A stretch of 64,000 nt of DNA, taken from assembly GCA_963805625.1 (NCBI GenBank), contig CAWDVE010000019.1:448001-512000 (forward strand), in the 5' to 3' direction. Shown piece by piece: positions 47,483-57,035 of this stretch. A program made the translations under genes and the position numbers. The notes under the pieces are model-generated. The model did no database searches, had not been told where the DNA came from, and was given only the letters and a program-made list of their open reading frames with translations. This DNA comes from an uncultured Candidatus Rokubacteria bacterium. GTDB taxonomy: Bacteria; Methylomirabilota; Methylomirabilia; Rokubacteriales; DASRDR01. The stretch's first letter is position 1. Each line of letters begins with the position of its first letter.

Positions 47483-48790
47483 ATGACGAGTCGAACGATC
47501 TGGCTGGGGCTGCTGGCGTGCGCGCTATCCGTGGGAGCGGGCACCGCGGCGCCGGCGGCCGAGCTCACCTGGTGGAGCCACTGGGCAACCCAGGACAACA
47601 AGAAGGTCGTGCTGGAGGAGGTCCGGAAACGATTCGAGGCGGCGCATCCTGGAACAAAGGTCACGCTCACCTACTGGGAGCTGGCCAACATGTACCCCGC
47701 GCTGCGGGCCGCGTTGACCGCGGGATCCGGATTCCCTGACGTGTTCACCTACGACACGACGGCCCCGGAGTTCATCGCGGCCGGATGGCTGGCGGACCTC
47801 GCTACCGGGGTTCGCTGGGGCAACATGGAGCCGTACGCCAAGGCGTTCTGGACGCGGCCTGGGCCCGGAGGCAAGGTCGGGACCTGGGCCTTCGCGCTGG
47901 AGTCGGCGTCCGACGAGATCTACTACAACAAGAAGCTCTTCCGGCAGCTCGGGATTACCGTCCCGGCGAACTTCACGTTTACCCAGGACCAGTTCCGGGA
48001 GGTGGTGGCCACCTGCGCGAAGGCCGGCTACGCCGCCTTCTCGACGGGGGCCGCCGACCGCGAATGGGCCGCCCTGTTCATCCCCATGGATTTCCTGCTG
48101 AGCAAGCTGGGCGGCGACGAGCTCGTCAGGCTGGGCAGGGGGGAAATCTCCTGGAAGGACCCGCGCGTCGTGGAGGTCTTCCGGTACTACAAGGAGCTGA
48201 TCGACCTCGGGGCCTACTCGAAGACCCTGACCAGCATGACCCTGGCCGATGGGCACCGGTACTTCCACACCGACCAGAAGGCTTGCATGTTCCCGGTCGG
48301 CTCGTGGTACACGGGGCGCGCGTTCGTGCCCCCGGAGAAGGGGGGGCAGCCCAAGGACTTCGAGCTGGGACTCCTCAACTACCCCTTGATGAAGGACGGG
48401 AAGGGTCACGGGCAAAAGTTCCTGGGCGTCGCGGGATCCTACGGCGTGGCGTCGAAGAGCCCCAACGCCGCAATGGCCATCGAGCTCGTCAACACGTTTG
48501 CCAGCGTCGACATCGGCAACCTCTGGATGGCCCAGACCGGCATCCAGACGGGGATCAGGACCGATCCGGGGAAGATCGACAGCCCGATCAAGTGGTACTT
48601 CGAGGAGTTCGGCAAGGTGAACAAGGCGAGCCAGTGGTTCGACTTGAATGCCCAGAGCATGAAGACCTTGATGAAGCCCGGCCTGTGGGATACGTGGGTC
48701 GCGACGGTGAACCAGGGCCTTCCCAACCGGCTTCTCGGACCCGACGAGGCCCTCGCCAAGCTGGAGGAAGCCCGGCTCAAAGGCCGGTAG
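47483..48790 (+). CDS. Orphan carbohydrate-type ABC substrate-binding protein
   Basis: Signal peptide; ELTWW, PDVF, YYNKKLF and GSW. Confidence 0.88.
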   Translation: MTSRTIWLGLLACALSVGAGTAAPAAELTWWSHWATQDNKKVVLEEVRKRFEAAHPGTKVTLTYWELANMYPALRAALTAGSGFPDVFTYDTTAPEFIAAGWLADLATGVRWGNMEPYAKAFWTRPGPGGKVGTWAFALESASDEIYYNKKLFRQLGITVPANFTFTQDQFREVVATCAKAGYAAFSTGAADREWAALFIPMDFLLSKLGGDELVRLGRGEISWKDPRVVEVFRYYKELIDLGAYSKTLTSMTLADGHRYFHTDQKACMFPVGSWYTGRAFVPPEKGGQPKDFELGLLNYPLMKDGKGHGQKFLGVAGSYGVASKSPNAAMAIELVNTFASVDIGNLWMAQTGIQTGIRTDPGKIDSPIKWYFEEFGKVNKASQWFDLNAQSMKTLMKPGLWDTWVATVNQGLPNRLLGPDEALAKLEEARLKGR

Positions 48791-48803
48791 GAGACGCGCG
48801 ACT

Positions 48804-48860
48804 CGGGGCCGGAGGAGTCGGGGCGAGAGCCCCCTTCCTCCGGCCCCGCGCTTGTTGTTC
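48804..48860 (+). terminator. Putative intrinsic terminator
   Basis: CGGGGCCGGAGGA...TCCTCCGGCCCCG stem followed by a T-rich tail. Confidence 0.6.
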
Positions 48861-48918
48861 CCATTCTCTGTAGGCTGGGCTCTAGGCTCGCGGCGGGCGC
48901 CAGATCCGCCGCAGGAGC

Positions 48919-49268
48919 CGACCCGAGCCAGGCTTGTACATGGAATGGAGCTTCGAGCCGGCGCGGTCGCCATCTTCAGCGCCAACGTGGTCCACGGCTC
49001 GCCGCCGAACCGCGCGCGGGCCGCGCGCTTCACGATCCTCCACGACTACATGCCGGCATCGGGACGCCAGTCGGTCGGACGGGGTTCGGGGCAGCTCGTG
49101 CGAAGCCGCGACGTGTTCGGTCACTTCGCACACGAGCCCGTCCCCTCGGGAACTTCGAGGCGAAAGTCCGCATGCGCCGGCGGATCTTCACCGAGTATCC
49201 GGAGAACATCCTGATGGGCCCGCCCGAGCCGGGCGCCCGGCCGACTTCCCGGATCGCCGCGAGGTGCC
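48919..49268 (+). pseudogene. Frameshifted partial duplicate of the 3' end of the PhyH gene (46146-46493)
   Basis: Near-identical DNA with scattered substitutions and indels; no start codon. Confidence 0.85.
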
Positions 49269-49271
49269 TCT

Positions 49272-49892
49272 CTAGCTGGAGCTCCAGGCGAACGGTGCGA
49301 AGTGACCGTTGTTCCGGCCCGACGTCTCGTCCCAGTCGATGCCGAAGGCGTGCATGTGGCTGCGCGAGGCCTTGGCCAGCGCGAGCCGGGTCGCGGCCGG
49401 GTGACCGACGTTGTCGAGGTAGATCGGCTCGCCCCGATTGGCGCCCGCGACTCCCTCGATGGCGATGTCGAGCACACCCGGGATCGAGACTGACCGGCGC
49501 ATCCCGGCGGTCTCGATCTTGATCGGCCTCGCCTCGGCGCCGCCGAACCGTCCGACCAGGGGGCCGAGTGCGCCGATCGGACCGCCACCCTGGCCGCTTG
49601 CGATCGCCGTGAGCGCCTCGCGCTGGGCAGGAGAGGCGCGGTCGTCCAGGATCACGCCGACGGTCCAATCGCCCGCGATCATGGGCCCGGGCGTGTGCAG
49701 CAAGATGGCGAAGTTCAGCCCGTCGAGGCTCGTGTTGCCGTGGTGCCCGCGCTCGACCTGGAATACGAGGCCCGCGTCGCAGTGACCCTTGGTGGGCCTG
49801 GCCGCCAGACCGGACGTCGGGCAGGGACACACGGAGTCGCAGCTGCAGGCCTCGAAGTACTCACCGCTAACCCGCCATTGAGCGTTTGCCAT
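49272..49892 (-). CDS. DUF1326 family protein
   Basis: GEYFEACSCDSVCPC, GPMIAGDW, SGQGGGP and GRNNGHFAPF.W. Confidence 0.85.
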   Translation of the reverse strand: MANAQWRVSGEYFEACSCDSVCPCPTSGLAARPTKGHCDAGLVFQVERGHHGNTSLDGLNFAILLHTPGPMIAGDWTVGVILDDRASPAQREALTAIASGQGGGPIGALGPLVGRFGGAEARPIKIETAGMRRSVSIPGVLDIAIEGVAGANRGEPIYLDNVGHPAATRLALAKASRSHMHAFGIDWDETSGRNNGHFAPFAWSSS

Positions 49893-49942
49893 GACGCCCC
49901 CCTCTGTTCCCGTGATTATCGAAGGCCGATGAAGCGACATCG

Positions 49943-50749
49943 TCACATCGAGTGGCGGCCGGCCCGCAGCGCCATGGCCAGATCGGGTCGAATGGCGACG
50001 GCCAGCCCCAGGAGCACGAGCGCCACACCGACGCCCCGCGCGATCCAGCTTCCGCCCGGCAGCAGCTTCTCGGCTGCCACCGCGGCCGCGATGAGCAGGA
50101 CCCAGGCGAGGCCCATCGCCCCGGCCACGACTAGGACGAGCATCAGCGCCCAGCAGCACCCGAGGCAATACATCGCATGTACCCATCCCATCGCGAGGCT
50201 GCCGCGCCAGCCCGCGCGCCAGTGGCCAAGGAAGAATCCGAGCGGACTGCGGCAGTGACGGAGGCACATCTGTTTGAGCGGCGAGATCTGGAAGATCCCG
50301 GCAACGACGAGCACCGCGGCGATGCCGTACTCGAACGCGACGGTGTTGCTCGCAGCGAGCAGCGTGCTCGCGAAGTACATCGGGACACCCGTCGCCGCCC
50401 ACACGCCGAGGTACACGAACGTGAACAGCGCCACCGGCAGGATCTTCCGGGCCCGGCCCTCGCCGTTCCGCTGGGTCGCCGCGTAGAGTCCGATCATCGG
50501 CAGGGCGCTCGGCAGCATCATCGCCGCCATCATGATGGTCCAGCCCGCCACGTAGACGAGCCCGTCGAAGACCGTGGGCGCCATGATCATGCCCTGCATC
50601 GGGTCGGGCGTCATGGCCGATGACACGACCTGCACCCATGCGACTACCGTGATCACGAGCAAGATGGCGCATGTCACGACCGTCGCGCCGTCGCGACCCC
50701 TGAGGACAACCTGGCCGGATGCTGACTCGGGGAGCCAGCCGCTGGGCAT
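49943..50749 (-). CDS. DUF2182 family metal-binding integral membrane protein
   Basis: WTIMMAAMMLPS, PLKQMCLRHCRSP and YCLGCCWALM. Confidence 0.88.
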   Translation of the reverse strand: MPSGWLPESASGQVVLRGRDGATVVTCAILLVITVVAWVQVVSSAMTPDPMQGMIMAPTVFDGLVYVAGWTIMMAAMMLPSALPMIGLYAATQRNGEGRARKILPVALFTFVYLGVWAATGVPMYFASTLLAASNTVAFEYGIAAVLVVAGIFQISPLKQMCLRHCRSPLGFFLGHWRAGWRGSLAMGWVHAMYCLGCCWALMLVLVVAGAMGLAWVLLIAAAVAAEKLLPGGSWIARGVGVALVLLGLAVAIRPDLAMALRAGRHSM

Positions 50750-50860
50750 GGACGGACTGTAAGCCAGTGTCGCGTCCCATGTCTACCCGCGGTTTTGAGA
50801 TTCCGGGATGCGCCAGGGCGCCGGCGGGCCCGCCCAGGAGCGTCCGGGCCTTTGACCTCT

Positions 50861-50937
50861 CGTCGACATCGGCAACCTCTGGATGGCCCCAGACCGGCAT
50901 CCAGACGGGGATCCCGCGAAGATCGCCAACCCGACCA
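50861..50937 (+). repeat. Remnant copy of SBP gene segment 48505-48590
   Basis: CGTCGACATCGGCAACCTCTGGATGGCCC(C)AGACCGGCATCCAGACGGGGATC is shared, then a 10-bp deletion between GATC repeats and weaker similarity. Confidence 0.85.
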
Positions 50938-51144
50938 TTGGAGGGAGCTCGCCGCGTCGCGACTGTGCGCGACAGGAGATGTGGCCGCTCGGCAGTTGAC
51001 CGGGTTCCCCACCGGGCATACAGTCCAGACCACTTCACCTCCCTTGCGATCGACGCGGAGCCGGAGGTCTCCGCATCCGCCCCAGTTACCCTCTCCGACC
51101 GGTCCACGGTGCAGGTGAATCCGAAGTCACGCAGGAGGTGCCCC

Positions 51145-51741
51145 ATGCACGGAGTTCTCAGGCAGTACACGCTGGACGCCAAGAACGTCGCCGAGATCGT
51201 TCGTCGGGTTGCCGCCGGGGGTCTTCCCATCATCAAGGCCATTCCGGGCTTCGTGGCGTACGCGATCACGGACGCCGGCCACGGCCAGCTCGTGACGTAC
51301 AGCGTCTACGAGACCAAGGCGAGTGCGGAAGAATCGACCCGCAAGGCGGCGGCATGGGTGAAGGAGAACATCGCCTCGATGCTCCCGAATCCCCCGCGCG
51401 TGCTGGAAGGCGAGCTTCGACTGCGTGAGATCAAGGAGCCCCCGAAGTACGCGGTCATGCGGCGCTACGAGATCGACCCGAAGAACGTCGATACGATCGT
51501 CTCCCGCGCGAAGAGCGGATTCCTGCCGCTGGTCACGCACCTGCCGGGCTTCGCGAGCTACTCCATCCTCGACGCGGGGAAGGGCACGCTCGTGACCCTG
51601 AGTGGGTTCACGACATTCTCAGGCGCAGCCGAATCGACCAAGGCCGCCGCGACCTTCGTGAAGGAGCATCTCGCGTCGCTCGTTCCGAAGCCGCCCGAAG
51701 TGACAGCGGGCGAAGTCAAGCTCGTGGAGCGGGCTCGCTAG
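51145..51741 (+). CDS. Hypothetical protein with two tandem ABM-like (dimeric alpha-beta barrel) repeats
   Basis: RBS aggagg; two ~95-aa repeats R.Y..D.KNV..IV.R...G.LP.....PGF..Y.I.DAG.G.LVT.S...EST..AA..VKE..AS..P.PP.V..GE. Confidence 0.75.
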   Translation: MHGVLRQYTLDAKNVAEIVRRVAAGGLPIIKAIPGFVAYAITDAGHGQLVTYSVYETKASAEESTRKAAAWVKENIASMLPNPPRVLEGELRLREIKEPPKYAVMRRYEIDPKNVDTIVSRAKSGFLPLVTHLPGFASYSILDAGKGTLVTLSGFTTFSGAAESTKAAATFVKEHLASLVPKPPEVTAGEVKLVERAR

Positions 51742-51789
51742 CGACGGCGATGACGGGAGCCAGACGCGACGCCTCGTCGCGCTAGGCAA

Positions 51790-51819
51790 CGAGGCGCCAG
51801 GGAATGTCCTGGCGCCTCG
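51790..51819. terminator. Hairpin between convergent genes
   Basis: CGAGGCGCCAGG-N6-CCTGGCGCCTCG perfect stem. Confidence 0.55.
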
Positions 51820-51883
51820 CTCGCGGCGTGGAACGGGACGGCCGGCCGCGCCTCCCGAGCCTTCGGTGGGTGGGCGGAGCCAG

Positions 51884-52909
51884 TCACTGAATGAGACGAT
51901 CCGCCCGCTGTAGCAGCGATTGCGGGATCGTCAGGCCGAGCATCTTCGCCGTCTTGAGGTTGATCAGCAGCTGTTATTTGCCCGGCTGCTCGATGGGGAT
52001 ATTTCCGGGGTGTGCTCCCTTGAGAACCTTGTCGAGGTAGCTGGCCACCCGCCGGTATTGCTCGCCTTGATCAGCCCAATAGGACATCAGGCCTCCGGCC
52101 TCGACGTACCCCAGCGGACTGCCCATCAGGGGAAGGCGGTGCTTGACCGCAAGGTCGGCCAGCCGCCGTCGATGCGTGAACAGCATCGGGTCCGCCAGGG
52201 CAAGAACGGCCGTAGCGCGCTCCCGGCTCATGGTCTGGAACGCGCTGTCGAGCTCCGTGGGACCTCGCACCTCCAGGATCTGAAGCTGCACCCCAAGCGA
52301 CCGGTGGCCGTCGCGCAGACCGTTCAGGGCGAGCGGATGCCACGGGTTGTCCGGATTCGACAACACGGCGATCCGCGAGGCTCGGGGAACCACCTCCCGC
52401 AGGAGCTCGAGCTGCTTGATGCTCAGATCGATGCTCAGCGAGGTCACGCCGGTGATGTTCCCTCCGGGGCGAGCAAGGCTGGCAACGAGACCCAGTTGAA
52501 CAGGATCCGGACTGTTCACCATGATGATCGGAATCGTGGACGTCGCCCGCTGGGCGGCAAGGACGGCGCCGGGATACGTCGCGACAATCGCGTCGGCCTT
52601 GAGCCTCGCCAGCTCGACTGCGAACTCGTCGGTCCGCTCGGGTTGCCCCTCGGTCTCTCGAAGATCCAGGATCAGATTCCGGCCTTCGACGTATCCAAGG
52701 TCGCCCAGGCTCGAACGCAAGGTCTCGGGAAACGCCCCGGCAAAGCTCCCCGTCAGAATCCCTATCCGGTACATCTTCACCGACGGTTGCGCGTCCGCCG
52801 TCCACGGGCTGGCGAGCAGACCTAGGATGATGGCTGCGGCCGAGCCAATGGCGATGACGCGCGGGACCTGCTGCACGATGCGGTTCTTCTCGACGTCCGT
52901 GTCTACCAT
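51884..52909 (-). pseudogene. ABC substrate-binding protein (PF04392 type) with a premature in-frame TAA at 51974
   Basis: LGYVEG, SLARPGGNITG and IEQPGK*QLLINLKTAKMLGLTIPQSLLQRADRLIQ*. Confidence 0.8.
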
Positions 52910-53016
52910 CCCTCGCGATGAACGACGGTCAACGGCGCGCCGCCGGCTCCGGGACCCCGTGGGCCAAGCGGCGAGCGTCGCCGCGGTGTCAATCGCTACC
53001 GAGTCGAAAGGACGAC

Positions 53017-53949
53017 TCAGGAGCCCTTCTGGGACTCGAGCGTCTCCTTCTGCGCGTAGTACTTAGCCTGGGCCACGATGTCGACCCCCACGGTCTCGCT
53101 CCACGCCTGGAGAAGGCGGTGCACCGTCGGACCGGGCTTGCCGTCGCCGATCGGGCGGCGGTCGACGCGGGTCACCGGGAGGACGCACGGGCTCGTGCTC
53201 GTGAAGAACGCCTCGTCGGCCGTGTAGAGGTCGTAGGGCTGGAGGTCCTCCTCGGAGACGGGGATGCCGAGCTCCTTCGCGAGGTCGAACACGGTGCCGC
53301 GGGAGACGCCCTGGAGCACGCTCCGGTCGCCCGCTGTCTTGATGACGCCGTCCGTGACCAGGAAGAGGTTGTACCCCACGCCCTCCGTGAGGTTGCCCCG
53401 GCTGTCCAGCAGGATCGGCCAGCCCTCGGGGTCGACGTCGGAGGCCTCGAGCTCGGCCAGGTTGAAGTTCATCCGGCTGAAGTTCTTGACCTTCGGGTCG
53501 AGGGCGTCCGGGTTGAAGCTCCGCGTCCGTACGACGACGCCGTGGGCGCCCGTGTCGTAGAGGTTCGCGTACCGGACGAAGCCCATCTGGCGGGTGCAGA
53601 TGCCGACGGCCGGCGGGCCGGCCTTGTGCGCCCAGCGGCCCCGGCCTCGCGTGACGAACTGCCAGAGCTGGTAGTCGCCGACATCGGCGCGGAGGTGCTC
53701 GTTGCGCGAGATGACCTCCTCGCTGATGCGCTCGAGCTCGCCCGGGGACAGCCGCGGGTCGATGCGCACGTACTTCAGCGACCGGTACAGGCGGTCGACG
53801 TGCTCCCGCATCCGGAAGCTCTTGCCGTTGAACGTCCGGGCGACGTCGAAGACGCAGTCGCCGACCAGGAAGCCCCGATCGAGAGGATCGATCTTCACCT
53901 GGCTGAACGGCACGAACTCCCCGTTGAAGTACGCCACGTAGTCGGCCAT
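53017..53949 (-). CDS. Class IV PLP-dependent aminotransferase (IlvE/D-amino-acid type)
   Basis: YFNGEF, DRGFL.GD, EH.DRL..S, LTEG..N.F, LQGVSR and ADEAF. Confidence 0.9.
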   Translation of the reverse strand: MADYVAYFNGEFVPFSQVKIDPLDRGFLVGDCVFDVARTFNGKSFRMREHVDRLYRSLKYVRIDPRLSPGELERISEEVISRNEHLRADVGDYQLWQFVTRGRGRWAHKAGPPAVGICTRQMGFVRYANLYDTGAHGVVVRTRSFNPDALDPKVKNFSRMNFNLAELEASDVDPEGWPILLDSRGNLTEGVGYNLFLVTDGVIKTAGDRSVLQGVSRGTVFDLAKELGIPVSEEDLQPYDLYTADEAFFTSTSPCVLPVTRVDRRPIGDGKPGPTVHRLLQAWSETVGVDIVAQAKYYAQKETLESQKGS

Positions 53950-54131
53950 GCTTCCTCCTCGCCGGCGCTCCGATCCGGCCTTGCGTGTATGAGTGCGTCC
54001 GACGCGGGGATTGTACCCGCCTTCTGCGGTCGGGGAAAGCGTGCTAGCCTCTCCCTCGCTCGCTGCCGCGGCGGGCGACGGTTCGCGGGGGAGCGAAGGG
54101 TGTCACACCCGTTGGCAGGAGACCTGGCGGA

Positions 54132-55262
54132 ATGACCGGGCGTCGGATCCGAGTCGGCCTGATCGGAACGGGCCGCATCGCCGGCTTCGTCCACGTTCCG
54201 AGCCTGCGCCTGCTCCCGGAGCTCTGCGAGGTGACGGCGGTCGCCTCCCGGGACGCGGTGAAAGCGAAGGCCTTCGCCGAGCAGTGGGGCATTCCCCGGG
54301 TACACGACACCTGGGAGGCGCTCGTCGGCGATCCTGAGCTCGACGCCATCGTCGCCTGCCCGCCGAGCGATCTCAACGGATCCGTGGCCGGAGCGGCGCT
54401 CGCCGCCGGCAAGCACGTCCTCTGCGAGAAGCCGCTAGCATTGACCGCTCCCGAGGCCCGATCGCTGGCGCTCGCCGCCGACCGCAACCCCGGGCGGGTC
54501 CACATGGTCGCCTTCACATTCCGGTTCGCGGCGGCGCTGCGTTACCTGAAGCGGCTCGTCGACGAGGGGCACTTCGGCGAGATTCGGCACTGGCGCATGT
54601 CCTACTTCAACGACGGCCAGCTCGACCCTTCGCTCCCCTTCGGCTGGCGCCATCTGCGGGCGCGCGGTGGCTCGGGCGTGATCGCCGACATGGGCTCCCA
54701 CATGATCGACGCCGCGCGCTACCTCCTCGGCGAGATCGTCGCGGTCAGCGCCGTGAATCGCACCTACGTCGCCGAGCGCGCGATTCCCGGCGGGGGCCAC
54801 GGCCGGGTGGAGACGCCCGAAGCGTCGGCGTGGGTCGCGGAGTTCGCCAGCGGGGTCATCGGGACGTTCGACGTCAGCCGCGGGGTGGCGGGACGGGGCG
54901 GCACCGGCCGGCCCCAGTATCAGGGCGTCGAGATCCACGGCACCGGCGGCGCGGCGCTCTACGAGCTGATCCACCCCTTCCAGCTCCAGATGAGCCTCGG
55001 GCCGGCGATGGTCCGGCGGCAGCACTGGGCGACCGTCGAGGTGCCGCCCGAGCTCGCGGTCTATCCGGGCTCGCCGCGCAACCCGCGCGCCGACGATCCG
55101 CTCCTCGGCTACAAGTACGATCAGGGCGTCGCCTTCGTCCGCGCGGTCCGCGGCGAGACGACGGACTACCCGACCTTCCGTGACGGCGCCGCGGTGCAGA
55201 GCGTGGTCGACGCTGTCGACCTCTCGGCGCGGGAGCGGCGCTGGATCGTGGTCGCTCCGTGA
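54132..55262 (+). CDS. Gfo/Idh/MocA family oxidoreductase
   Basis: IGTGRIA, GKHVLCEKP and D.GSH.ID. Confidence 0.9.
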   Translation: MTGRRIRVGLIGTGRIAGFVHVPSLRLLPELCEVTAVASRDAVKAKAFAEQWGIPRVHDTWEALVGDPELDAIVACPPSDLNGSVAGAALAAGKHVLCEKPLALTAPEARSLALAADRNPGRVHMVAFTFRFAAALRYLKRLVDEGHFGEIRHWRMSYFNDGQLDPSLPFGWRHLRARGGSGVIADMGSHMIDAARYLLGEIVAVSAVNRTYVAERAIPGGGHGRVETPEASAWVAEFASGVIGTFDVSRGVAGRGGTGRPQYQGVEIHGTGGAALYELIHPFQLQMSLGPAMVRRQHWATVEVPPELAVYPGSPRNPRADDPLLGYKYDQGVAFVRAVRGETTDYPTFRDGAAVQSVVDAVDLSARERRWIVVAP

Positions 55263-55326
55263 CTGACACCTCCGGCTCGTTGACCGGCGCACCTACCATT
55301 CACTCCGCGTGCAGAGGAGATCCGAG

Positions 55327-56943
55327 ATGATGTGCTCGGCGTCGGCCCTTCGCAGTCTTGCCATCACCCTGATCGTGGCGTTGGTCGTGCTCGCGGCGGG
55401 TCCCGCCGGCCCGATGCCGGCGGCCGCGGCCGGGAAGACCACCCTCGTTTTAGGGGTCGACATTAGCGACGCTCGCACGTTCGACCCCGCCCGCCAGTTC
55501 GAGTACTCGCCGCCGATCACAATGAAGGCGGCGTACGAGACGCTAGTGACCGTGAGCCCAGGCGACTACGGCACCCTCAAGCCCCTCCTCGCCGAGACCT
55601 GGAAGCTCGTAGAGGGCGGCAAGGCATGGGAGTTCAAGCTCAAGAAGGGCGTGAAGTTCGCGAGCGGCAATTCGCTCACGGCGGAGGACGTAAAGTTCTC
55701 CTTCGAGCGCCTAGCCAACCTGAAGGACCAGCCCGCCGACATGGCCGAGAACCTCGGCCCCATCGAGGTCGTGGATGCGCAGACTGTCAGAATCGCGATG
55801 GCGGACAAGAACCAGCCCCTCCTGACGTTCCTCTCCTCCGTGACGTATGCCGTCTACGACTCGAAGACGGTCATCGCGCAGGGCGGCACCAGCGGTAAGG
55901 ACGCCGAGAAGGCGGACAAGGCCACGACCTGGCTCGATACCCACTCGGCCGGGACCGGTCCGTACGTGCTCACTGGCTGGACCCGCAACCAGGAGGTCGT
56001 CCTCGAACGGAACAAGAACTACTGGCGCGCCCCGGCGGCGTTCGAGAAGGTCGTGCTGCGGCACATCGCCGACGGCGCCGCGCAGGTGCTGGCCGTCCGC
56101 CGCGGGGACATTGACGCCGCCCTGAACCTGTCGCCGGACCAGCTCGATTCGCTTGCCAAGGACGCGAATATCAAGGTCGTCTCCGCTCCGAGCCTCGATT
56201 ACGTCTACATGACGCTCACCAACAGCGCGGACCTGAACGCGACGCTCGCTAAGAAGCCGGCCCGCCAGGCGGTGGTGGCCGCCATCGACTACGACGGGAT
56301 CATCAAGGGCCTCATGGGCGGACATGCGATCCGGCCGGCGACGTTCATCCCGGTCGGCCTGGGCGGTTCCACCGAGGCGCTCACGAAGGAGATCGGGTAC
56401 CGACAGGACCTCGCCAAAGCCAAGAAGCTCCTCGCCGAGGCGGGCGCGCCGAACGGCTTCTCGTTCAAGCTCTCATACGGCAAGGCCTCCATCGCGGGGA
56501 CCGCGTACGACCTCGTCGCCCAGAAGATCCAGTCGGACCTCGCGCGGGTAGGGATCAAGGCAGAGCTGGACCTGATGGACCAGGCGACGCTCCGGACGGC
56601 GTACAAAGAGGGGAAGACGCAGTCGGTGCTGAGCTTCTGGAACCCCGACGCCATGGAGCCGTATCTCTGGGCCCAGCCGTCGATCGGCCGCGTCTCCAAG
56701 CGCGTCAACTGGACGCCGCCCAAGGACATCGTGGACCTGGTGAACCGGGCCGGTGGGGAGCCCGATCCGAAGAAGGCTGCCGGCCTCTATCGCGAGTTCC
56801 AGAAGATGCTGATCGACCAGGCGAACTACATCATGCTGATTCAGCCCGTCTACCGGGTCGCCACGACCAAGGCGATCACGAACTACCAGCTGACCGCCGC
56901 GGGGTGGCAGGTGGATCTCTACGACATCAAGCCCGCGAAGTGA
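55327..56943 (+). CDS. Peptide/nickel ABC substrate-binding protein
   Basis: Signal peptide; PLLAETW, KGVKFASGN.LTAEDVKFS and AGTGPY. Confidence 0.92.
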   Translation: MMCSASALRSLAITLIVALVVLAAGPAGPMPAAAAGKTTLVLGVDISDARTFDPARQFEYSPPITMKAAYETLVTVSPGDYGTLKPLLAETWKLVEGGKAWEFKLKKGVKFASGNSLTAEDVKFSFERLANLKDQPADMAENLGPIEVVDAQTVRIAMADKNQPLLTFLSSVTYAVYDSKTVIAQGGTSGKDAEKADKATTWLDTHSAGTGPYVLTGWTRNQEVVLERNKNYWRAPAAFEKVVLRHIADGAAQVLAVRRGDIDAALNLSPDQLDSLAKDANIKVVSAPSLDYVYMTLTNSADLNATLAKKPARQAVVAAIDYDGIIKGLMGGHAIRPATFIPVGLGGSTEALTKEIGYRQDLAKAKKLLAEAGAPNGFSFKLSYGKASIAGTAYDLVAQKIQSDLARVGIKAELDLMDQATLRTAYKEGKTQSVLSFWNPDAMEPYLWAQPSIGRVSKRVNWTPPKDIVDLVNRAGGEPDPKKAAGLYREFQKMLIDQANYIMLIQPVYRVATTKAITNYQLTAAGWQVDLYDIKPAK

Positions 56944-57035
56944 GCCGCGTGGCCGGCATGGGCTCCCCGAAGCGTCGGGAGGGTGGGGGAGAGTGGCGTC
57001 GCTGCTCTCCGCTACGACACCCACCCGTGTAGCGG

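Noticed and set aside
37744-51976. TAA-to-Tyr stop codon reassignment
   Set aside because: TAA ends several intact genes at their expected C-termini (e.g. 8310, 44846, 46500), and two cases are explained by point mutation or error
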